A program made the translations under genes and the position numbers. Under the pieces are notes generated by a model. It saw nothing but the letters and a program-made list of their open reading frames with translations, searched no databases and was not told the origin of the DNA. A DNA stretch of 40,537 nucleotides from Bacteroides uniformis (GTDB lineage Bacteria; Spirochaetota; Spirochaetia; Sphaerochaetales; Sphaerochaetaceae), in contig CAVESN010000001.1 of the NCBI GenBank assembly GCA_963618365.1, forward strand, positions 9,892 to 50,428, in the 5' to 3' direction. This document shows, in pieces, positions 27,972 to 36,291 of the stretch (within the stretch, counting starts at the first letter, position 1; each line of letters starts with the position of its first letter).

Positions 27972-29384
27972 TTGCATCCGATTGAATCCTTAACATTGGA
28001 GACAAAAGCCCGGCTCGACCGAACAAACATAGTTGGATGGCTGAAAACGATAGCAGGATTTGCCAATGCGGAAGGAGGCACGCTTTTCATCGGAGTCGAG
28101 GACAAAACGAGCAAACTCATTGGATTCGACAAGAAGGATGCCGATAGCGAACGTGGGTTCCTTTACCAACAAGTGAACGAGCATCTTCTTCCACGGCCTT
28201 CCATCAAACTTACGTTTCTCCCTTATATGGCCAACAAGAGAACACTTTTCATCATCAAGGCGGAAATCGAGCAGTCGCCCGCAAGGCCAATAACACTCAC
28301 CTACAAGGGAATCCCGGGCATCTATATGCGAAGGGATGGATTCACCAACGGGGCAACACTGGAAGAGATCACCACGATGGTGACATCCAACCAGAACCTC
28401 CAATATGACACACTCGATTCGGATATGCCCTATCAACGAAAGGATTTCACCAAACTTATCCAGTTTTCCCGCGAACACGAGGGGAAACCCCTCTCAGACA
28501 AAGCGTTTGCAAGCATGGGTTTTTTTAGCGAACACGGGAAATTGAAGAACGGAGCGGTACTCTTCAGGGACCAATACAAAGGAGAAAAGGCAGCCTTGCA
28601 ATGCGCTCTGTACACCGGCCTTTCCAAAGGAAGCGACAGGATCCTCTCCGTCAACAAGTTCCAAGGCAACCTTATCGACTCAATTCAGTTCGCCATGGAT
28701 TTCATACAGCAACGAATGAACCGCACGATAATCAAAAAGAATTTCGGCAGAGAAAATCTAGACGCATACCCCCGGCGTGCTCTATTTGAGGGGGTGATCA
28801 ATGCGATTGCACACAGGGACTATTTCCTCGACGGTACGCAGATTCAGGTTGACATGTTTAAGGATCGGTTGGAAATTTCAAGTCCGGGGAGCTTCTACAA
28901 GGGGGCAAGGATAGAAAGGACGCACGATCTCTCGCGATACACATCGAAAAGGAGGAATGAGCTCATCTCGGACATCCTGGTGGCCTGCAATGTGATGGAG
29001 GCGGCAGGCACCGGTTTCGACAAAATCATCCAAGCATACGAAAAAGTGGACGACCGCCATAAACCTGTCATCTATTCCACATCGGATCACTTCACCCTCA
29101 TACTCCCCGACCTCACCTATGCAGAGGGAATCGCCTCCTTGGACGAACTTCCCCAAATCGACTTCATGGCACTCGAGAAAAATTCCGAATACGATGAAAA
29201 AATTCTCACCTATTGCCATTACGGCGCCCGGAAAGTGGCCGAAATCGCCTCCTTCATTGGAGTCAAGAATTCAAGTTACCTGCGCAGCCATATCATCGGA
29301 TTCCTTGTGGAGAGAGGATACCTCAGAGAAGTGAGCGACAAGATTCCCAGACGCTACCGAACCAATCCCGACTTCATCCTCTAA
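27972..29384 (+). CDS. AlbA_2 (Schlafen-like) DNA-binding domain + HATPase_c_4-like domain + C-terminal wHTH protein (often annotated RecG-like/putative transcriptional regulator)
   Basis: The N-terminus ESLTLETK...IAGFANAEGGTLFIGVED is the AlbA_2 signature. The central NAIAHRDY...SPG...AAGTGFDKI is the HATPase_c_4-type part. The track start is the TTG at 27972. A better SD+ATG at 27948 is in frame but separated from the ORF by a TAA (see findings). Confidence 0.8.
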   Translation: MHPIESLTLETKARLDRTNIVGWLKTIAGFANAEGGTLFIGVEDKTSKLIGFDKKDADSERGFLYQQVNEHLLPRPSIKLTFLPYMANKRTLFIIKAEIEQSPARPITLTYKGIPGIYMRRDGFTNGATLEEITTMVTSNQNLQYDTLDSDMPYQRKDFTKLIQFSREHEGKPLSDKAFASMGFFSEHGKLKNGAVLFRDQYKGEKAALQCALYTGLSKGSDRILSVNKFQGNLIDSIQFAMDFIQQRMNRTIIKKNFGRENLDAYPRRALFEGVINAIAHRDYFLDGTQIQVDMFKDRLEISSPGSFYKGARIERTHDLSRYTSKRRNELISDILVACNVMEAAGTGFDKIIQAYEKVDDRHKPVIYSTSDHFTLILPDLTYAEGIASLDELPQIDFMALEKNSEYDEKILTYCHYGARKVAEIASFIGVKNSSYLRSHIIGFLVERGYLREVSDKIPRRYRTNPDFIL

Positions 29385-29514
29385 AAACAGGTACAGCCTC
29401 TTCTCAAGGGCGACTGCTTCTTTACCCATCGCAAAGAACAATCATGTATCGAGCTACAACTTTCTTCCCATATTCCCGTATGATTCAAAAACTTCCGGAA
29501 CTTGAAGCCATGGA

Positions 29515-30174
29515 TCAAACCTTGACTATGAAATGATTCTTATCGAACTCCAATAACCCTTCATTTTTCATTTTTCCCAGCTCAACGGATAGACCGCTAC
29601 GCTCGACGGCAAGGAAATCGGCAAGCTGTTGCCGGGTAAACGGAATGTCAAACTCATATCTTCCCGCTTTTCGTGCCATCGCGGAAAAATAGGACATCAA
29701 CTTCGCCCGGGTGCTTCTTTGCCCCAAATGGGAGAGTTTCTCGCTGAGCAGCAGATTCTTTTCCGCGACTTCGCAAAGAAGATTATGGATGATCCGGCTA
29801 TGATGGGAACAGGATGCGGAGCAAACGTTCAGAATGCGTTTCATGTCCAGGAAAAGAATCTCCGCACAGCTCTCGGCGCACACGCTCACAGAGAGAGGCA
29901 CATCCGCACACGCATAGGAGGCCGCAAAGGTTTCTCCCGCCCCCACGGCCCTGACGATATTGCGGTTTCCCCATATATCCTCCTGAATGACAAGGAGCGT
30001 GCCTTCCAGCACCAGCCCGAGCGCATGCACGCGATCCCCCACGCTTAGGAGAAACGAATCTTTCTGATACCGCTTCCTCCTTGCGTCAAGGCAGGCCAGC
30101 ATGGCCAAAATCTCCCCATCTGCCACACCGGCAAAAAGAGGGCACATGCGGATAACTGGGAGAAACGGTTCCAT
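29515..30174 (-). CDS. Crp/Fnr-family transcriptional regulator (HcpR-like by context)
   Basis: The ATG at 30174 follows CAGGAGG. A cNMP-binding-like beta-roll (CPLFAGV...) is followed by a C-terminal HTH (TRQQLADFLAVERSGLSVELGKMKNEGLL). The gene is divergent from ferredoxin-hcp. Confidence 0.88.
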   Translation of the reverse strand: MEPFLPVIRMCPLFAGVADGEILAMLACLDARRKRYQKDSFLLSVGDRVHALGLVLEGTLLVIQEDIWGNRNIVRAVGAGETFAASYACADVPLSVSVCAESCAEILFLDMKRILNVCSASCSHHSRIIHNLLCEVAEKNLLLSEKLSHLGQRSTRAKLMSYFSAMARKAGRYEFDIPFTRQQLADFLAVERSGLSVELGKMKNEGLLEFDKNHFIVKV

Positions 30175-30187
30175 AAAACCTCCTGTT

Positions 30188-30203
30188 TGTTGAAAATTCA
30201 ACA
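30188..30203. promoter_or_regulatory. Candidate Crp/Fnr (HcpR) operator
   Basis: TGTTGAA-AA-TTCAACA is a 16-bp dyad in which only the two central bases are non-complementary. Its centre lies 41.5 nt upstream of a TSS inferred from the -10 element TACAAT (30225-30230). Confidence 0.5.
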
Positions 30204-30256
30204 GCCTTATAAAGGCTTCTACCCTACAATGGAAGGAGAAATCAAGGAGTGTAACC

Positions 30257-30964
30257 ATGAAACGAAGAATTATTCAAATCGACAGAGAGAAGTGTAACGG
30301 TTGCGGCGCTTGCGCGGCCGCCTGCCATGAAGGGGCGATTGCCATGGTGGATGGCAAAGCCAAGCTCATGCGGGACGACTATTGCGACGGCCTGGGGGAT
30401 TGCCTTCCCTCATGCCCCACCAAAGCGATCACCTTTGTGGAAAGAGAGGCAGCGGCATACGATGAGAAAGCGGTGATGGAGCACAAGAAGCAGAAGATGC
30501 AGAAAGAGGGGAATACGCTCCCCTGCGGATGCCCGGGCACCCAGTCGAAGGCAATCACACACTCCGAGTGCGAATGCCATGAGCATCATCAGTCGATGGC
30601 AAGCAGGTTGTCCCAGTGGCCGGTGCAAATCAAGCTAGTCCCGGTGAACGCACCTTATTTCGATGGGGCAAAGCTTCTGATTGCCGCCGATTGCACAGCC
30701 TATGCCTACGCCAGCTTCCATGAGGATTTCATCAAAGGGCACATCACCTTGGTCGGATGTCCCAAGCTGGACGGGGTCGACTATTCCGAAAAGCTGACGG
30801 AAATCATCAGCCAGAACGACATCAAGAGCGTCACCGTGGTGCGCATGGAAGTTCCCTGCTGCGGAGGCTTGGAGCAAGCTGCAATCACCGCGCTCAAGAA
30901 TAGCGGGAAATTCATTCCCTGGAATGTCGTGACCATCTCGATTGACGGAAAGATTTTGGATTAA
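30257..30964 (+). CDS. 4Fe-4S dicluster ferredoxin-domain protein (hcp-associated)
   Basis: It has CNGCGACAAAC and CDGLGDCLPSCP cluster motifs plus a Cys-rich C-terminal domain. AAGGAG lies 7 nt upstream of the ATG, and the gene sits directly upstream of hcp. Confidence 0.8.
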   Translation: MKRRIIQIDREKCNGCGACAAACHEGAIAMVDGKAKLMRDDYCDGLGDCLPSCPTKAITFVEREAAAYDEKAVMEHKKQKMQKEGNTLPCGCPGTQSKAITHSECECHEHHQSMASRLSQWPVQIKLVPVNAPYFDGAKLLIAADCTAYAYASFHEDFIKGHITLVGCPKLDGVDYSEKLTEIISQNDIKSVTVVRMEVPCCGGLEQAAITALKNSGKFIPWNVVTISIDGKILD

Positions 30965-30980
30965 AGAGGAGAGAAATCAT

Positions 30981-32576
30981 ATGGACAAGAAGATGTTCTG
31001 CTTCCAATGCGAGCAAACTGCCGGATGCAGAGGGTGTACGGGAAATGCGGGAGTATGCGGGAAAAGCGCACCTGTGGCAAAACTGCAGGATGAGTTGACC
31101 GGCTCGCTTGTCGGGCTTGCACGGGTCACAGAAGGAAACGACAAAGTCTCTTCACGGACCTGGGAGCTTCTGATTGAGGGACTCTTCACCACGATTACCA
31201 ATGTGAACTTCAATGAGGAGACAATCAAGAATCTCATCGACGAAGTGCATAAAGAAAAAGCACGTCTCGTGCCGGAATGCGGCTCCTGCCCCTCCGCCTG
31301 CGGACGCAGTAGCGACTACGACATGGAGGCCCTATGGAACGCGGATGAAGATATCCGCAGCCTCAAATCCCTTATCCTTTTTGGCATCCGCGGCATGGCG
31401 GCCTACGCGCATCACGCCATGGTGCTGGGATACAGGGATGAAGAGGTGAACAAGTTCTTTGCAAAAGCGCTCTTCGCCATCGGAGAGGATTGGAATATGG
31501 ACGCATTGCTTCCCATCGTCATGGAAGTAGGGGAGAAAAACCTCGCATGCATGGCGCTTCTGGACAAGGCGAACACCCAAAGCTTCGGGAACCCGACTCC
31601 GACCACTGTAGAGCTAACCATCGAGAAAGGACCTTTCATCGTCATCAGCGGCCATGACCTGCATGACCTCAAGTTGCTCCTAAAGCAAACCGAAGGGAAA
31701 GGAATCAACATCTACACCCACGGCGAGATGCTGCCGGCTCACGGATATCCCGCTCTCAAGAAGTATCCCCACCTCAAAGGGAACTTCGGAACGGCATGGC
31801 AGAACCAGCAGAAGGAGTTCTTGGACATCCCCGCACCGGTTGTCTTCACCACCAACTGCCTCATGCCACCGAAAGAGAGCTACAAGGACCGTGTGTTCAC
31901 TACGGCAGTAGTCTCCTATCCAGGACTCGTGCATATCGGAAAAGAGAAGGATTTCACCCCGGTCATCGAGAAAGCGCTTGAGCTGGGAGGCTATCCGGAG
32001 GACAAATCCTTCACCGGCATCAATGGCGGGTGCAGTGTCACCACAGGGTTCGGCCATGAAGCGGTGCTCTCAGTCGCAGACAAGGTTGTCGACCTAGTAA
32101 AGAGTGGCGCCATCAAGCACTTCTTCCTCGTAGGAGGATGCGATGGCGCGAGAATGGGACGCAGCTACTATACCGAACTGGTACAAAAGGCACCCAAGGA
32201 CACCGTGGTATTGACCCTCGCATGCGGCAAGTACCGGTTCAACGACCTTGACCTTGGCACCATCGGCGCAATACCCAGGCTCATGGACATCGGGCAATGC
32301 AACGACGCATACAGCGCCATCCAGATTGCCCTCTCCCTTGCGAAGGCATTTGACTGCACCGTAGGAGAACTCCCTCTTTCCATGGTGCTCTCCTGGTATG
32401 AGCAGAAAGCGGTATGCGTCCTGCTTACCTTGCTATACCTCGGCATCAAGCACATCAAGCTCGGACCCACGCTCCCCGCCTTCCTCTCACCCAACGTCCT
32501 CAACTACCTGGTGGAGCATTTTGCCATCGGACCGACCACCACGGCGGAAAAGGATCTGGAGGAGATGCTGAAGTAA
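30981..32576 (+). CDS. hcp: Hydroxylamine reductase / hybrid-cluster protein
   Basis: The N-terminal MFCFQCEQTAGCRGCT...GVCGK cubane-cluster motif is present. The approximately 531-aa length and the conserved regions (GHDLHDL, NCLMPP, GQCNDAYSAI) fit class-1 Hcp. Confidence 0.95.
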   Translation: MDKKMFCFQCEQTAGCRGCTGNAGVCGKSAPVAKLQDELTGSLVGLARVTEGNDKVSSRTWELLIEGLFTTITNVNFNEETIKNLIDEVHKEKARLVPECGSCPSACGRSSDYDMEALWNADEDIRSLKSLILFGIRGMAAYAHHAMVLGYRDEEVNKFFAKALFAIGEDWNMDALLPIVMEVGEKNLACMALLDKANTQSFGNPTPTTVELTIEKGPFIVISGHDLHDLKLLLKQTEGKGINIYTHGEMLPAHGYPALKKYPHLKGNFGTAWQNQQKEFLDIPAPVVFTTNCLMPPKESYKDRVFTTAVVSYPGLVHIGKEKDFTPVIEKALELGGYPEDKSFTGINGGCSVTTGFGHEAVLSVADKVVDLVKSGAIKHFFLVGGCDGARMGRSYYTELVQKAPKDTVVLTLACGKYRFNDLDLGTIGAIPRLMDIGQCNDAYSAIQIALSLAKAFDCTVGELPLSMVLSWYEQKAVCVLLTLLYLGIKHIKLGPTLPAFLSPNVLNYLVEHFAIGPTTTAEKDLEEMLK

Positions 32577-32586
32577 TAAATCTGAT

Positions 32587-32630
32587 GGAGTCTTCAAGCC
32601 ATAAAAAGCAGCTTGGGGACTCCGTTGTTT
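32587..32630 (+). terminator. Possible imperfect hairpin after hcp
   Basis: GGAGTC..CAAGC/GCTTG..GACTCC forms a bulged stem followed by GTTGTTT. It is weak. Confidence 0.35.
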
Positions 32631-32828
32631 CGACGGGCGTCAATAAAAGATAGAGTTGTCGTAGAGGCGGACTCTCTGGAAAATCTCTACTGGCCTCTTC
32701 TTGATAGCGACATCGAGACTGATTCTCCGAAGAACCCCGAAAAACATCCTCTCATGTATTCCTGACAGGTAAAACTTCGAAACGGCAGAAACAGAACAGC
32801 AGAAAAGAGTCTGGCGCCCACATACATG

Positions 32829-32875
32829 GCACCCCGCCCTCTTTAGGAGAACGGGGTGCTGCTTTTCCTTTTCGG
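32829..32875 (+). terminator. Rho-independent terminator oriented for the + strand, 250 nt downstream of hcp
   Basis: An 8-bp stem GCACCCCG/CGGGGTGC with a 15-nt loop is followed by TGCTTTTCCTTTTCGG. There is no A-run on the other side, so it is not a canonical terminator for the convergent dehydratase gene. Confidence 0.55.
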
Positions 32876-32887
32876 ATGGAATTATAC

Positions 32888-34696
32888 CTACGCCATATAG
32901 GCTCCCTTCATGGGACTGACTGCGTGCTGGGAGTAGAGTTTCAAAAGGCCATTGGTGTACTTGGGCTTTCTCTCCTTCCATTTGGCGCGTCTCTCTTTCA
33001 GGATTTTTTCCATCTCCTCTTTTGTTTTCTCCTCTCCCCTAACGCCGACAATCGCTAGGATTCGGCGGGGGATGTCGATACGGATCAGGTCATCTTTCTC
33101 AACCAATGCGATAGGACCTCCGACTGCCGCCTCTGGGCTGACATGCCCGATGACGGGGCCGCGGCTCGCGCCTGAGAAGCGGCCATCGGTGATCAATGCG
33201 ACACTGCATGCGAGCTCAGGATCCGCACAAATGGCCTCTCCCGTATAGAACATCTCCGGCATACCGCTGCCTCGCGGCCCTTCATAGCGGATGAAGATGG
33301 CATCACCCGGAGCCACTCTCCCGTGAAGAACCGCATCGATGCACTCCTCCTCGCTGTCATAGGGATTTGCCCGCAATGTGACCTGGAACATGCTCTTCGG
33401 GCATGCGGTATGCTTGATCACGCACCCCTGCGGGGCGAGGTTTCCCTTAAGGACAGCGATGCTGCCATCCGTGCCCTTGGCATGGTCGAAACTATGGATG
33501 ATATCCTCCCGGGTGACTTTCCGGGAAAGATGCTTGCTCTTTTGCTCCAAGAGACTATCGACGCGGTCATAGAAGCCATTTTTCTTCAATGCTTCTAGAT
33601 TCTCTCCCAATGTCTTTCCTGTTACCGTAAGCACATCAAGGTGGAGCATCGACTTGATCTCCTCCATAACCCGCGGAACTCCACCCGCATAATAGAAATA
33701 TTGGGCAGGCCAATCCCCCGAGGGGCGGATGTTGATTAGGTAATGGGCTCCCCTGTGCATCCGGTCAAACGTCTCGGCATCGATATCAAATCCGAACTCA
33801 TGCGCTATGGCGGGAATGTGCATCGTCGCATTGGTGGAACCGGAGATGGCGGCGTGGACCATGATGGCATTCTCAAAACTCTCCCTGGTGACAATATCCC
33901 TTGCCGCAATCCCTTTTCTCACCAAATCCATCAATTGCACCCCGGCGTCATGGGCTGCCTTTCGCAATTCTGGTGCGGTTGCCGGCATCAATGCCGTACC
34001 CGGCAGCATAAGGCCCAACGCTTCCGCCATGACTTGCATGGTGGAGGCGGTTCCCATGAAAGAGCATGCCCCGCAGCTGGGACACGCATGGTACTTGTAA
34101 TAGTCGAGCTGGCGGCCAGGGATGAGCCCCTTCTTCTCCCATGCATCAAACTTGCCGATTTGCTCAAGCGTCAAGAGCTCGCCGATGGCGCAAGAGGGGT
34201 CGTCGATGACATAGGAGGAGGGAAGGTCATATGCCTCCATGACGCCACCGGTAATTACAATCGCGCTCATTTGCTTCAGGCGACCGATGCTCATCAACAT
34301 GGCAGGCATCGACTTGTCGCAGCTGGCGATGAAGATTCCTCCGTCATAGACGCTGGCATTGGCCTGCGCCTCAACAAGATTGACGATGGCATCCCGATGG
34401 GGAAGAGAATAGTTGATGCCATCATGCCCCTGGGCGATTCCGTCGCACATGTCGGTGGCATAGTAGCGGGCAGCCTTTCCCCCATGCGCATTCACCGCAC
34501 TCACCGCCTCATCAACAAACTGGTTGAGATGGGCGCTGCCCGGATGGCTGTCGCCGAAGGTGCTCTCCACAAAAATCTGAGGCTTGGAGAGATCCTCCAC
34601 CTTCCATCCCATACCTATCTTAAGCGGGTCATTCTCGGGCGCCAAAGTCCGCACCCTCTGTGATTGCAACTCCATATGCTCCTCCATAGTCATCAT
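32888..34696 (-). CDS. IlvD/Edd-family dehydratase (sugar-acid dehydratase-like)
   Basis: The 602-aa product has the Fe-S/Mg motifs ASCDKSMPAMLM and CPSCGACSF. It is adjacent to a GntR/FadR regulator, which suggests sugar-acid catabolism rather than biosynthetic IlvD. Which of the first few ATGs is the start is uncertain. Confidence 0.9.
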   Translation of the reverse strand: MMTMEEHMELQSQRVRTLAPENDPLKIGMGWKVEDLSKPQIFVESTFGDSHPGSAHLNQFVDEAVSAVNAHGGKAARYYATDMCDGIAQGHDGINYSLPHRDAIVNLVEAQANASVYDGGIFIASCDKSMPAMLMSIGRLKQMSAIVITGGVMEAYDLPSSYVIDDPSCAIGELLTLEQIGKFDAWEKKGLIPGRQLDYYKYHACPSCGACSFMGTASTMQVMAEALGLMLPGTALMPATAPELRKAAHDAGVQLMDLVRKGIAARDIVTRESFENAIMVHAAISGSTNATMHIPAIAHEFGFDIDAETFDRMHRGAHYLINIRPSGDWPAQYFYYAGGVPRVMEEIKSMLHLDVLTVTGKTLGENLEALKKNGFYDRVDSLLEQKSKHLSRKVTREDIIHSFDHAKGTDGSIAVLKGNLAPQGCVIKHTACPKSMFQVTLRANPYDSEEECIDAVLHGRVAPGDAIFIRYEGPRGSGMPEMFYTGEAICADPELACSVALITDGRFSGASRGPVIGHVSPEAAVGGPIALVEKDDLIRIDIPRRILAIVGVRGEEKTKEEMEKILKERRAKWKERKPKYTNGLLKLYSQHAVSPMKGAYMA

Positions 34697-34760
34697 ATGT
34701 TTTCATGGTAAGTTGCAGGATTTGGTTTTGCAAGCGTTTTTAGCACCCGTATTCATCAGA

Positions 34761-35456
34761 CTACTTTTCTTCCAATGACTTGATATATGTGCGGTTGTAA
34801 TTCAGGTGCATCACCATGGCCGCCTTTGCGCCAATGGAATCATGGGATGCGATGGCATCACTTATCATGCGGTGGGTTGCGATTGTCTCCTCAGTCAGTT
34901 TTTTACGGGTGACGTCGACGAACATCATGACCGCGGTGTCGATGATGGGAACCAGCTGCTTTATCACGCTGTTCTTGCTGCATTCGGCAACACAGGCATG
35001 AAACGCAATATCATCCTCTATGTAGGACTCCCCCTTCCGAATCTTGGACTCGATTCTCTCGCAAAGCCGAAGGAGCCGCTGTATATCATCCTCCGTGGCA
35101 TGAGAAGCCGCCATGGCAGCGATACCAGGCTCAAGCAGAAGGCGGAGATCCGCAAGGTCCATGGCAAGCGCTTTCTTGTCCTTGACCGACCCAAGGCCGA
35201 GAGGGTCATCCTTTCCCTTGGACAAGCTCTGCACATAGGTGCCCGAACCTTGGCGCACCTCGACAATTCCCTTGCTGGAAAGCAGTTTTATCGCCTCTCG
35301 GATAGTGCTGCGGCCAACACCGAAACGCTCCCCCAGCTCAAACTCATTGGGCAGTTTCTCGCCCACCAGAAAGGAAGCATCAAGAATGTAGTGCCAGATT
35401 TGCTCCTCCACCCGCTCTGCCAGCAATTTCTCCTTCACATGGGAGAACTCAATCAT
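34761..35456 (-). CDS. GntR/FadR-family transcriptional regulator
   Basis: The ATG at 35456 follows AAAAGGAGGGG. An N-terminal wHTH (LPNEFELGERFGVGRSTIREAIKLLSSKGIVEVRQGSGTYV) is followed by an FCD helical domain. Confidence 0.9.
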   Translation of the reverse strand: MIEFSHVKEKLLAERVEEQIWHYILDASFLVGEKLPNEFELGERFGVGRSTIREAIKLLSSKGIVEVRQGSGTYVQSLSKGKDDPLGLGSVKDKKALAMDLADLRLLLEPGIAAMAASHATEDDIQRLLRLCERIESKIRKGESYIEDDIAFHACVAECSKNSVIKQLVPIIDTAVMMFVDVTRKKLTEETIATHRMISDAIASHDSIGAKAAMVMHLNYNRTYIKSLEEK

Positions 35457-35829
35457 CCATCCCCTCCTTTTCGCCCAATCCCCCTTGTCCGGAAACCGAC
35501 TTGTAATATGCGCCAAAATCCGCAAGAGAATCCAAGACCGGAAGCAAGTTCCTCCCAAGTTCCGTCAAGCCGTAATCCACCTTGGGCGGCATCTTCATGT
35601 AATCATGCCGATAGACGAGTCCGTCATCCATCATCTGCCTGAGACTGTCGGTAAGCACTTTCTGGGAAATCCCCTCAAGGTCCCTTTGCAGCTCGTTAAA
35701 CCTCCACGGCCGTACTCTCAGATTGCGGATAATGAGCAATTTCCACTTGCCACCAACAAGCGACAGCGCCGTCGCCACAGGGCATGCAGGCAACTCCTCT
35801 TTCCTCTTCATCAGCTCCTCCCCGTCCAT
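35449..35829 (-). CDS. HxlR-family transcriptional regulator
   Basis: CPVATALSLVGGKWKLLIIRNL...RFNELQRDLEGISQKVLTDSLRQMMDDGLV is the HxlR wHTH signature. The gene overlaps the GntR start by 8 bp. Confidence 0.9.
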   Translation of the reverse strand: MDGEELMKRKEELPACPVATALSLVGGKWKLLIIRNLRVRPWRFNELQRDLEGISQKVLTDSLRQMMDDGLVYRHDYMKMPPKVDYGLTELGRNLLPVLDSLADFGAYYKSVSGQGGLGEKEGMDD

Positions 35830-35937
35830 TTAAACACACTCTTTTTTGCATGTACAGTTATAAAAAAGTGCGTACTGTTCCTCCAAAGAACCCTTGGATA
35901 TCATCACAGCCAACCAATGAACCATGGAGGTAGAAAG

Positions 35938-36291
35938 ATGGCAATCTATGCAAAAACACATGTGGGAAACGAACCAAGAACAGAACTGCACGAGAAGCTT
36001 CAACTCTCTGGATCGGAAATCAGCATCAACACCCTGCCAAAGGGAACGAGCATCCCTTTCGTCCACTCGCACAAGCACAACGAAGAAGTGTACGGAATTC
36101 TCTCCGGCAAGGGAAAAGTGGTGATTGACGGAAAAGAAATTCCGCTCTCATGTGGCGACTGGATAAGAATCTCCCCCTCCGCAAAGCGACAATTCTTCGC
36201 TTCGGAGGATAGCGGCATCTCCTTTGTCTGCATCCAAACCAAGGAAAACTCCCTTGAAGGCTTCACCGCCTCCGATGCGGTTCTCCTCTGA
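35938..36291 (+). CDS. Cupin-domain protein
   Basis: The ATG at 35938 follows GGAGG. The product has the cupin motifs FVHSHKHNEEVYGILSGKG and GDWIRISP. The gene is divergent from the HxlR regulator. The upstream part of the track ORF is a shadow of the HxlR gene. Confidence 0.8.
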   Translation: MAIYAKTHVGNEPRTELHEKLQLSGSEISINTLPKGTSIPFVHSHKHNEEVYGILSGKGKVVIDGKEIPLSCGDWIRISPSAKRQFFASEDSGISFVCIQTKENSLEGFTASDAVLL

